A DNA stretch of 64,000 nucleotides from Pristiophorus japonicus (taxonomy: Eukaryota): positions 127,720,001 to 127,784,000 of the forward strand of contig NC_091978.1 in the NCBI RefSeq assembly GCF_044704955.1, in the 5' to 3' direction. Positions 53,799 to 64,000 of the stretch are shown in pieces (positions within the stretch are counted from its first letter, which is position 1; every line of letters begins with the position of its first letter). The translations under genes were made by a program, and so were the position numbers. A model generated the notes under the pieces. It was given only the letters and a program-made list of their open reading frames with translations. It was not told where the DNA came from and made no database searches.

Positions 53799-54636
53799 TA
53801 AGAACATAAGAAATGGGATTGGTCATTTGGCCCCTCAAGCCTGCTCTGCCATTCAATAAGATCATGGCTGATCTGATCATGGACTCAGCTCCACTTCCCT
53901 GCCCACTCCCCATAACCCTTTACTCCCTTATCGTTTAAGAAACTGTCTCAAATTTATTCAATGTCCCAGCTTCCATAGCTCTCTGAGGCAGCGAATTCCA
54001 CAAATTTACAACCCTCCGAGAAGAAATTTCTCCTCATCTCCGTTTTAAATGGGTGGCCCCTTATTCTATGATCATGCCCTCTAGTTCTAGTCACCCCCAT
54101 CAATGGAAACATCCTCTCTGCATTCACCTTGTCAAGCCCCCTCATAATCTTATACGTTTCGATAAGATCACCTCTCATTCTTCTGAATTCCAATGAGTAG
54201 AGGCCCAACCTACTCAACCTTTCCTCATAAGTCAACCCCCTTATCCCCGGAACCTTCTCTGAACTGCCTCCAAAGCAAGTATATCCTTTCGTAAATATGG
54301 AAACCAAAACTGCACGCAGTATTCCAAGTGTGGCCTCACCAATACCTTATATAGCTGTACTAAGACTTCCCTGCTTTTATACTCCTTTGCAATAAAGGCC
54401 AAGATACCATTGGCCTTCCTGATCACTTGCTGTACCTGCATACTATTCTTTTGTGTTTCATGCACAAGTACACCCAGGTCCCGCTGTACTGCGGCACTTG
54501 GCAATCTTTCTCCATTTAAATAATAACTTGCTCTTTAAGTTTTTTTTCCTGCCAAAGTGCATGACCTCACACTTTCCACCATTATACTCCATCTGTCAAA
54601 TTTTTGCCCACTCACTTAGCCTGTCTATGTCCCTTG
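53799..54636 (-). mobile_element. CR1 LINE 3' fragment (TTCTTATG-type tail)
   Basis: ORFs 53954-54504 ([16 protein letters not shown]) and 3' UTR. Confidence 0.9.
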
Positions 54637-56390
54637 TCGCTCAAAAATCTGTCTATCTCTGCCTTAACTATATTCAATGACCCAGCCTCCACAACTCTCA
54701 TGGGCAGATAATTCCATAGGTTTACAACCCACTGAGAAGAAATTCCTCCTCGTCTCCATTTTAAATGGGTAGCCCCTTATTCTGAGACTATGTCCCCAAG
54801 TTTTAGTTTCCCCTATGAGTGGAAATATCCTCTCTGCATCCACCTTGTCAAGCTCCCTCATTATCTTATGTTTCAATAAGATCACCTCTCATTCTTCTGA
54901 ACTCCAATGTGTATAGGCCCAACCTACTCAACCTATCTTCATAAGTCAACCCCCTCATCTCCGGAATCAATCTAGTGAACCTTCTCTGAACAGCCCCCAA
55001 TGCAAGTATATCCTTCCTTAAATACGGACACCAAAACTGGACGCAGTACTCCTAGATGTGGCCTTATATAGCTGTAGCAGGACTTCTCTGCTTTTATACT
55101 CTATCCCCCTTGCAATAAAGGTCAACATTCCATTTGCCTTCCTGATTACTTGTTGCACTAACTTTTTGTGTTTAGAAACATAGAAACATAGAAAATAGGT
55201 GCAGGAGCAGGCCATTCAGCCCCTCTAGCCTGCACCGCCATTCAATGAGTTCATGGCTGAACATGAAACTTCAGTACCCGCTTCCTGCTTTCTCGCCATA
55301 ACCCTTGATCCCCCGAGTAGTAAGGACTTCATCTAACTCCCTTTTGAATATATTTAGTGAATTGGCCTCAACTACTTTCTGTGGTAGAGAATTCCACAGG
55401 TTCACCACTCTCTGGGTGAAGAAGTTTCTCCTCATCTCGGTCCTAAATGGCTTACCCCTTATCCTCAGACTGTGACCCCTGGTTCTGGACTTCCCCAACA
55501 TTGGGAACATTCTTTCTGCATCTAACCTGTCTAAACCCGTCAGAATTTTAAACGTTTCTATGAGGTCCCCTCTCATTCTTCTGAACTCCAGTGAATACAA
55601 GCCCAATTGATCCAATCTTTCTTGATAGGTCAGTCCCGCCATCCCGGGAATCAGTCTGGTGAACCTTCGCTGCACTCCCTCAATAGCAAGAATGTCCTTC
55701 CTCAATTTAGGAGACCAAAACTGTACACAATACTCCAGGTGTGGCCTCACCAAGGCCCTGTACAACTGTAGCAACACCTCCCTGCCCCTGTATTCAAATC
55801 CCCTCGCTATGAAGGCCAACATGCCATTTGCTTTCTTAACCGCCTGCTGTACCTGCATGCCAACCTTCAATGACTGATGTACCATGACACCCAGGTCTCG
55901 TTGCACCTTCCCTTTTCCTAATCTGTCACCATTCAGATAATAGTCTGTCTCTCTGTTTTTACCACCAAAGTGGATAACCTCACATTTATCCACATTATAC
56001 TTCATCTGCCATGCATTTGCCCACTCACCTAACCTATCCAAGTCACTCTGCAGCCGAATAGCATCCTCCTCGCAGCTCACACTGCCACCCAACTTAGTAT
56101 CATCCGCAAATTTGGAGATACTGCATTTAATCCCATCGTCTAAATCATTAATGTACAATGTAAACAGCTGGGGCCCCAGCACAGAACCTTGCGGCACTCC
56201 ACTAGTCACTGCCTGCCATTCTGAAAAGTACCCGTTTACTCCTACTCTTTGCTTCCTGTCTGACAACCAGTTCTCAATCCACGTCAGCACACTACCCCCA
56301 ATCCCATGTGCTTTAACTTTGCACATTAATCTCATGCACAAGGACCCCCAGGTCCCTCTGTACTGCAGCACTTTGCAATTTTCCTTCTTT
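54637..56390 (-). mobile_element. CR1 fragment (54637-55173 and 56333-56390) split by a younger CR1
   Basis: Host reads continuously ctaactttttgtgtt|tcatgcacaaggaccccc across the insert. Confidence 0.8.
55174..56332 (-). mobile_element. Young CR1 LINE, 5'-truncated, uninterrupted RT C-terminal ORF
   Basis: ORF 55271-56473 from RLMCKVKAHG to the stop is nearly identical to the 35509 copy. (TTCTATGT)n tail. Confidence 0.95.
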
Positions 56391-56529
56391 CCCTCCTGAC
56401 GATGGTGATATGTTGGGATATGACTCTGTCTACAGGAGCTGTTTGCCCTCCAGTGCCACATGTAGGTGATCATTCTGCAACTGGGAAACTAGACTAAAAT
56501 ATTTTATGTCAGGACACCATTCTATTTTG

Positions 56530-56712
56530 TGACGTGGGTTACTGGATAACTGGAATGAGAATGCTAGCTCAGAAATGCTGAAGTTAGTTGTAGTATCCCA
56601 TGATTGCATCTGGTTATGAACAGTTAGCTTAGCAGAGGCTTGAGATTGAACATTGGCCTTCCTAAAAGCCAATGGCCCATTGGTCAGTGCATTTATCAAC
56701 TGAGCCAATGGG
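56530..56712 (-). mobile_element. Degenerate tRNA-derived SINE head
   Basis: Minus-strand TGGCTCAGTTGA (A box-like) and GTTCAATCT (B box-like). Confidence 0.4.
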
Positions 56713-56982
56713 AGAATTATTTTGCAGTTTGATCAGTAGTGTCGTTCAGTTTCTGCAAATTATTCGTCTGGCATAACCTTTTAAAGTTTGGCATTCTCCA
56801 CCCCACTCGAGTTAAGTCCAGCTGAATTTAGCAATCTGGGTAAACCAAGTGGTCGGCGATGCTCCCAACAAGTGATGTTTGGCATTGGCACGATCTGATG
56901 TACAATATAGAAGTTTTATGCATGCTTCAGAGCAGCTGTTCATTTTTACTCTGCCATGGGCAACATTCTCTGTGTGACAGTA

Positions 56983-57170
56983 AAGAAAGACTTGCATTTA
57001 TATAGTGCCTTTCACGACCTTGGGTCGTCCCAAAGTGCTTTACAACTAATTAAGTACTTTTGAAGTGTAGTCACAGTTATAATGTCGGAAACGTGGCAGC
57101 AAGGTCCCACAAACAGCAATGTGATCTTGACCAGTTTTTATGTATTAGTTGAGGGATAAATATTGGCCAG
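56983..57170 (-). mobile_element. SacSINE1/DeuSINE-like 3' fragment
   Basis: Reverse complement GTGAAAGGCACTATATAAATGCAAGTCTTTCTTT, the same tail as 3645-4047. Confidence 0.7.
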
Positions 57171-57453
57171 ATGTAGCTTGATGTATTTAAATTTGTCATT
57201 CTTCTTACATTTGTTTGTACATGATATTCAATTTTTGTTTAAAATTCCATTGAATCATCAATATCTGTTATCTCTGCTTTGCCCACTGTTATCCACATTT
57301 TGACTATAGATGCTACCTGATCTATTGTGAACCTGAATGGTCCTGAATTCATGTCTGAAATTACAATATTTCAAAGGAATAGTTTACAATTGATTTTAAC
57401 TTCAAAATAAATCTTGAACTGCAGACTGGTGAATTTTCCACCATTTGCTCATA

Positions 57454-57752
57454 CAGGTTGAACCTCCCTTTTCCGGGACTTCCTTGTCCGGCACCACCCC
57501 TCGTCCGGCACCATTCCTGGCCACTCCGACATGAACAAATTGAAGTCCTTCCTCGCTGCCTGACCCTGCGATCCACCGCCCCACCCCCCATTATCTCTCT
57601 GCCGCACTCCAAACCCCAAGCCAGCCAGCCCTGATATCCCCTTGCTCAGTACCTGTTCCATCCAATTTAACGTGATCTCCCCTCGTCCAGCAAAATCCCT
57701 TATCGGGCACAGGCCAGGTACTGAGGGTGCCGGATAAGAGAGGTTCAACCTG
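57454..57752. mobile_element. Tigger/pogo-like MITE (299 bp)
   Basis: TIR CAGGTTGAACCTCCCTTTTCCGG / CCGGATAAGAGAGGTTCAACCTG (2 mismatches in 23), TA TSD. Confidence 0.88.
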
Positions 57753-57807
57753 TAGTTGATATTTATACATATGTATGTATTCTTTAACCTCTTGTGTGCA
57801 TTCATAG

Positions 57808-57875
57808 ATTGCCACTATCTCCCCAGGAATGGGTTCTTGTGAGAACACACTAAATACACTTAGATATGCAAACAG
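57808..57875 (+). CDS. KIF2A: KIF2A exon 7 in window: IATISPGMGSCENTLNTLRYAN(R)
   Basis: ttcatAG|ATT...ACAG|GTATGA, 68 nt, end of the motor domain. Confidence 0.96.
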
Positions 57876-58124
57876 GTATGATTTTTAAGTAAAATGTATA
57901 TGAAACAAATATCCCATCTGCATTCTAATAATATTACAAAATAATTCCTTGTCTAGGTGGCTTTTAAAGTTATTTGCTTAAATTATATTAAAGCTATAAT
58001 CTTGTAGCAATGTGAGAATTGTTGATGTGTTTGTCACTTAAGCCTGGAGTATATTTATATCTTAAATGTTGCTTTCATTCAAATCAAACTAAGGACTTCG
58101 CATTGTATGTTAAATTACTGGAGG

Positions 58125-58420
58125 TTTGAGAATTTGAATTCATTTTACAAAAACTGGAAATAAAAAGTTGGTATCAGTGAAAATGACCATGAAGCTGTCA
58201 ATTGTCATAAAAACCCCAGTGGTTCACGAATCAAATTTCGGGAAGGAAACTGGCCATCCTTGCTCGATCTGGCCTATAAATGACTCCAGTCCCACACCGT
58301 CGTTGACTCTTAACTATCCTCTAAGTGACCTAGCAAGCCACTTAGTTGTAACAAACAGCTTTAGGATGGGTAATAAATGCTGGCCTTGTCAGTGATGCTC
58401 ACATTGAGAATCTTTTTTTT
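58125..58420 (+). mobile_element. SINE fragment, AmnSINE2-like
   Basis: TGTCATAAAAACCCCAGTGGTTCAC...GACTCCAGTCCCACAC...CTAGCAAGCCAC...GATGGGTAATAAATGCTGGCCTTG. Family name from recall. Confidence 0.55.
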
Positions 58421-58980
58421 AAATTGTAGACATAGAAGCTGATAGTCTTTTGTGTTCTTCACTGGAAGATAGGATGATAGGTGTTGTCTTGGAGTGCAGT
58501 CACTAACAATAACTTTAAAAACATTTCAACGGATTTTTGCAATATTTTACAAGTTAGCCAGTTGCTGGATGTGTATTAAAGCCACATGAGCTGGTTTATG
58601 GAATGTTGTAGCTCATAGTCTATTTCAAACTGATACAATGAGGGTCAATTGTCTCATCCCAAGCCTATTAAACCAGGGTGCCCCTTTATTCATTCTGAAA
58701 ATAGCAGGAAATATTTTCTTTGAATCGCACACCAACATAGGGGTGGTGGGGTTAAGGTGGCTAGTTGTATTGATAGGCATACTGGTGAATCACTTCCTGG
58801 GGAAGGGGTCAGTAGTATGTTTGGGTACACATACACAAGAGAGAAAGAGACACATTGGCAGTCAGTTAGCCAACTAGGTCTGGGGAGGAAGCCTAGTGCA
58901 GTGAGTGGAAACTCACTCATATCGAGCCCAAAGACGGTCAGGACCAAAAGGCTGACTAGAAAAGGTTAAGCGAGTCTTCT

Positions 58981-60430
58981 AATAAGAACAACATAAGAAA
59001 TAGGAACAGGAGTAGGCCATATGGTCCCTCGAGCCTGCTCCGCCATTCAATAAGATCATGGCTGATCTGATCACAGACTCAGCTCCACTTACCTGCCCGC
59101 TCCCCATAACCCCTTCTCCCCTTATCGTTTAAGAAACTTTGTATTTCTGACGTAACTTTATTCAATGTCCCAGCTTCCACAACTCTCTGAGGCAGCTAAT
59201 TCCACAGATTTATAACCCTCTGAGAAGAAATTTCTCATCTGTTTTAAATGGGCGGCCCCTTATTCCAAGATCATGCCCTCTAGTTCTAGTCTCCCCCATC
59301 AGTGGAAACATCCTCTCTGCATCCACCCTGTCAAGCCTCCCTCATAATCTTATACATTTCGATAAGATCACCTCTCATTCTTCTGAATTCCAATGAGTAG
59401 AAGCCCAACCTATTCAACCTTTCCTCATAAATCAAACCCCCCATCTCCGGAATCAACCTAGTGAATCTTCTCTCAACTGCCTCCAAAGCAAGTATATCCT
59501 TTCGTAAATATGGAAACCAAAACTGCACGCAGTTTTCCAGGTGTGGCCTCACCAATACCCTGTACGGCTGTAGTAAGACTTCCCTGCTTTTTATACTCCA
59601 TCCTCTTTGCAATAAAGGCCAAGATTCCATTGGTCTTCCTGATCACTTGCTGTACCTGCATACTATCCTTTTGTGTTTCATGCACAAGTGCCCCCAGGTC
59701 CCGCTGTACTGCAGCCCTTTGCAATCTTTCTCTGTTTAAATAATAACTTGCTCTTCAATTTTTTTTCTGCCAAAGTGCGTTACCTCACACTTTCCAACAT
59801 TATACTCCATCTGCCAAATTTTTGCCCACTCACTTAGCCTGTCTATGTCCTTTTGCAGATTTTGTGTGTCCTCACACATTGCTTTTCCTCCCATTTTTGT
59901 ATCGTCAGCAAACTTGGCTACGTTGCACTCGGTCCCTTCTTCCAAGTTGTTAATATAGATTGTAAATAGTTGGGGTCCCAGCACTGATCCCTGTGGCACC
60001 CCACTAGTTACTGGTTGCAAACCAGAAAATGAACCATTTATCCCGACTCTTCTGTTTTCTGTTAGTTAGCCAATCCTCTATCCATGCTAATATATTACCC
60101 CCAACCTCGTGAATTTTTATCTTGTGCAGTAACCTTTAATGTGGCACCATGTCAACTGCCTTCTGGAAGTCCAAATTATCCACATCCACTGGTTTCCCTT
60201 TATCCACTCTGTTCGTTACATCCTCAAAGAATTCCAGCAAATTTGTCAAACATGACTTCCCCTTCATAAATCCATGCTGACGCTGCCTGACTGAAATTTG
60301 TTTTTCCAAATGTCCTGCTACGTATACTTTAATAATGGACTCCAACATTTTCCCAACCACAGATGTTAGGCTAACTGGTCTATAGTTTCCTGTTTTTTGT
60401 CTGCCTCCTTTTTATAAATAGGAGCGTTTA
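58981..60430 (-). mobile_element. CR1 LINE, 5'-truncated RT
   Basis: ORFs 59331-60360 with RT motifs and an ACATAAGAAA tail. Confidence 0.92.
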
Positions 60431-60506
60431 ATTAGAGATGGTGAGCTCAGAGGTTTCAGTAGCTGCATAAAGATGATATTTGATTGCATCTGTTGCTCTG
60501 TGCATT

Positions 60507-63500
60507 CATAGAAACATAGAAAATAGGTGAGGGAGCAGGCCATTCGGCCCTTCGAGCCTGCACTGCCATTCAATATGACCATGGCTGATCATGCAACTTC
60601 AGTACCCAACTCCCGCCTTCTCTCCATACCCCCTGATCCCCTTAGCCGTAAGGACCACATCTAACTCCCTCTTGAATATATCCAACGAACTGGACTCCAC
60701 AACTTTCTGTGGTAGAGAATTCCACAGGTTCACCACTCTCTGGGTGAAAATGTTTCTCCTCATCTCGGTCCTAAATGGCTTATCCCTTATCCTTAGACTG
60801 TGACCCCTGGTTCTGGACTTCCCCAACATCGGGAAAATTCTTCCTGCAACTAACCTGTCCAGTCCCGTCAGAATTTTATATGTTTCTATGAGATCCCCCC
60901 TCATTCTTCTAAATTCCAGTGCGGAAAAGCCTAGCCGATCCAATCTTTCTTCATATGTCAGTCCTGCCATCCCGGGAATTAGTCTGGTGAACCTTCATTG
61001 TACTCCCTCAATAGCAAGCATGTCCTTCCTCAGATTAGGAGACCAAAACTGCACACAATACTCAAGGTGTAGCCTCGCCAAGGCCCTGTACAACTACAGT
61101 AAAACCTCCCTGCTCCTATACTCTCATTCTCTCTCTATGAAGCCCAGCATGCCATTTGCTTTCTTTACTGCCTGCTGTACCGGCATGCCTACCTTCAGTG
61201 ACTGATGTACCATGACACCCAGGTCGCTCGCATTGCACCTCCCCTTTGACTGATATGTTACCATTCAGATGATAATCTGGCTTTCTGTTTTTGCCACCAA
61301 AGTGGATAACCTCACATTTATCCATATTATACTGCAGCTGCCATGCATTTGCCCATTCACCCAACCTGTCCAAATCACCCTGCAGCCTCTTAGCATTCTC
61401 CTCACAACTCATAGTGCCACCCAGCTTCGTGTCATCTGCAAACTTGGAGATATTACATTCAATTCCTTTGTCTAAATCATTAATGTATATTGTAAATAGC
61501 TGGGATCCCAGCACTGAACCTTGTGGCACCCGACTAGTCACTGCCTGCCATTCTGAAAAGGACCCGTTTATTCCCACTCTTTGCTTCCTGTCTGCCAACC
61601 AGTTCTCTATCCACATCAATACATTACCCCCAATACCATGTGCTTTAATTTTGCACACTAATCTCTTGTGTGGGACCTTGTCAAAAGCCTTTTGAAAGTC
61701 CAAATACACCACATCCACTGGTTCTCCCTTATCCACTCCACTAGTTACGTCCTCAAAAAATTCTAGAAGATTTGTCGAGCATGATTTCCCTTTCATAAAT
61801 CCATGCTGACTTGGACCGATTCTGTCACTGCTTTCCAAATGTGCTGCTATTGCATCTTTAATAATTGATTCCAGCATTTTCCCCACCACTGATGTCAGGC
61901 TAACCGGTCTATAATTCCGTTTTCTCTCTCCCTCCTTTTTTAAAAAAAAAAGTGGGCTAAAATTAGCCACCCTCCAATCCATAGGAACTGATCCAGTGTC
62001 TATCGAATGTTGGAAAATGACCACCAATGCATCCACTATTTCTAGGGCCACTTCCTTAAGCACTATGGGATGCAGACTATCATGCCCTGGAGATTTATCG
62101 GCCTTCAGTCCCATCAGTTTCCCTAACACCATTTCCTGATTAATAAAGATTTCCCTGAGTTCCTCCTTCCCGCTAAACCCTTGGTCCCCCAGTATTTTCG
62201 GGAAGTTATTCGTGTCTTAGTGTCTTCATGTATTTGTTCAATTGTCTGCCATTTCCTTGTTCCCCATTATGAATTCACCTGATTCTGACCTCTAGGGACA
62301 TACATTAGTCTTCACTAATTTGTTTCTCTTCACATATCTATCGAAGCTTTTGCAGTCAGTTTTTATGTTCCCTGAAAGCTTATTCTCATCCTCCTATTTT
62401 TCTCCTCTAAATCAAACCCTTAGTCCTCCTCTGCTGAATTTTTAATTTCTCCCTGTCTTCTGGTTTGCTGCTTTATCTGTCCAATTTATATGCCTCTTCC
62501 TTGGATTTAATACTATCCCTAATTTCCCTTCTTAGCCCTGGTTGAGCCACCTTTCCTGTTTTATTTTCATGCTGGACAAGGATGCACAACAGGTGTAATT
62601 CATCCATGTGATCTTTAAATATCTGCCTTTGTCTATCCACCGTCAACCCTTTAAGTATCATTCGCCAGTCTATCCTAGCCAAATCACGTCTCGTACCATC
62701 AAAGTTTCCTTTCTTTAAGTTCAGGACCCGAGTCTCTGAATTAACTGTGTCGCCCTCCATCTTAATGAAGAATTCTACCATATTATGGTCACTCTTCCCC
62801 AAGGGGCCACGCACGACTAGATTGCTAATTAATCGTCTCTCATTACACAAGACCCAGTCCAGGATGACCTGTTCTCTCGTTGGTTCCTCGACATATTGGT
62901 CTAGAAAACCATCCCTTATACACTCCAGGAAATCCTCCTCCACAGTATTGCTACCAATTTGGTTAGCCCAATCAATATGTAGGTTAAAGTCACCCATGAT
63001 AACTGCTGTACCCTTATTGCACGCGTCCCTAATTTCCTGTTTGATGCCATCCCCAACCTCCCTACTATTGTTTGGTGGTCTGTACACAACTCCCACTAAC
63101 GTTTTCTGCTCTTTGGTGTTTCACAGCTCTACTCATATAGATTCCACATCATCCAAGCTAATGTCCTTCCTTACTATTGCGTTAACCTCCTCTTTAACCA
63201 TTAACGCTACCCCACCTCCTTTTCCTTTCTGTCTATCTTTCCTGAATATTGAATACCCCTGGATGTTGAGTTCCCAACCGTGGTTACCCCGGAGCCATGT
63301 CTCCGTAACCCGAATTACATCATATCCGTTATCAGCTGTCTGCGCAGTTAATTTATCCACCTTATTACGAATGCTCCTCGCATTGAGACTGAGCCTTTAG
63401 GCTTGTTCTTTTAACACTCTTTGTCCTTTTTAGAATTATGTTGTAATGTGGTCCTTTTTGATTTTTGCCCTTGATTTCTCTGCCCTCCACTCTTGCTTTT

Positions 63501-64000
63501 CTCCTTCCTACCTTTTGCTTCTGCCCCCTTTTTACTTCCCTCTGCCTCCCTGCATAGGTTCCCATCCCCCTGCCATATTAGTTTAACCCCTCCCCAACAA
63601 CACTAGCAAACACTCTGCCTAGGACATAGGTTCCGGTCCTGCCCAGGTGCAGACCGTCCGGTTTGTACTGGTCCCACCTGCCCCAGGAATTTGAATCCCT
63701 CCTCCTTGCACCATTCCTCAAGCTACGTATTCTTCTGAACTATCCTGCAATTCCTACTCTGACTAGCATGTGGCAGTGGTAGCAATCCTGAGATTAGTAC
63801 CTTTTTGAGGTCCTACTTTTTAATTTAACTCCTAGCTCCCTAAATTTAGCTTGTATGACCTCATCCCGTTTTTTTACTATATCGTTGGTACCTATATGCA
63901 CCACGACAGCTGGCTGTTCACCCTCCCCTCCAGAATGCGCTGCAGCTGCTCCGAGACATCCTTGACCCTTGCACCAGGGAGGCAACATACCATCCTGGAG
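60507..64000 (-). mobile_element. CR1 LINE (TTCTATGT tail), ORF1 esterase + disrupted ORF2, runs off window
   Basis: RT ORF 61116-62132, APE ORFs 62473-63360, esterase VVVHIGTNDI at 63794-63988. Confidence 0.94.

Noticed and set aside
57876-64000. Next KIF2A exon (VKEL... or an alternative VKEF... exon)
   Set aside because: No matching translation with splice sites in the non-repeat parts. It presumably lies beyond the window.

Overview
Eukaryotic genomic DNA, most likely from a cartilaginous fish (inferred from SacSINE1/DeuSINE-like SINEs, HER1-like CR1 LINEs and Penelope elements). The only host gene is KIF2A (kinesin-13) on the + strand. Seven GT-AG exons (27085-57875, 774 nt) encode most of the motor domain, from FTARPLV through the P-loop and switch I/II to RYAN. 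Flanking exons lie outside the window, and the upstream intron is >27 kb. The introns are mostly nested transposable elements: many CR1 LINEs of several ages (one with an uninterrupted 5'-truncated ORF2), a full-length decayed RTE LINE and a bipartite non-autonomous RTE derivative, a Penelope element, a two-gene Harbinger transposon, Harbinger and Tigger-like MITEs, L2 fragments, SINEs and an eroded DIRS relic. I found no prokaryote-type system. The best leads are a predicted stop-free KIF2A circRNA bracketed by young inverted CR1 copies, a chimeric CR1 with two endonuclease N-termini, the RTE-derived element with a hairpin+TATA head, and the spliced Myb gene of the Harbinger. TE boundaries are approximate unless a TSD or TIR is quoted. 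Family names come from motif recognition, not database searches.
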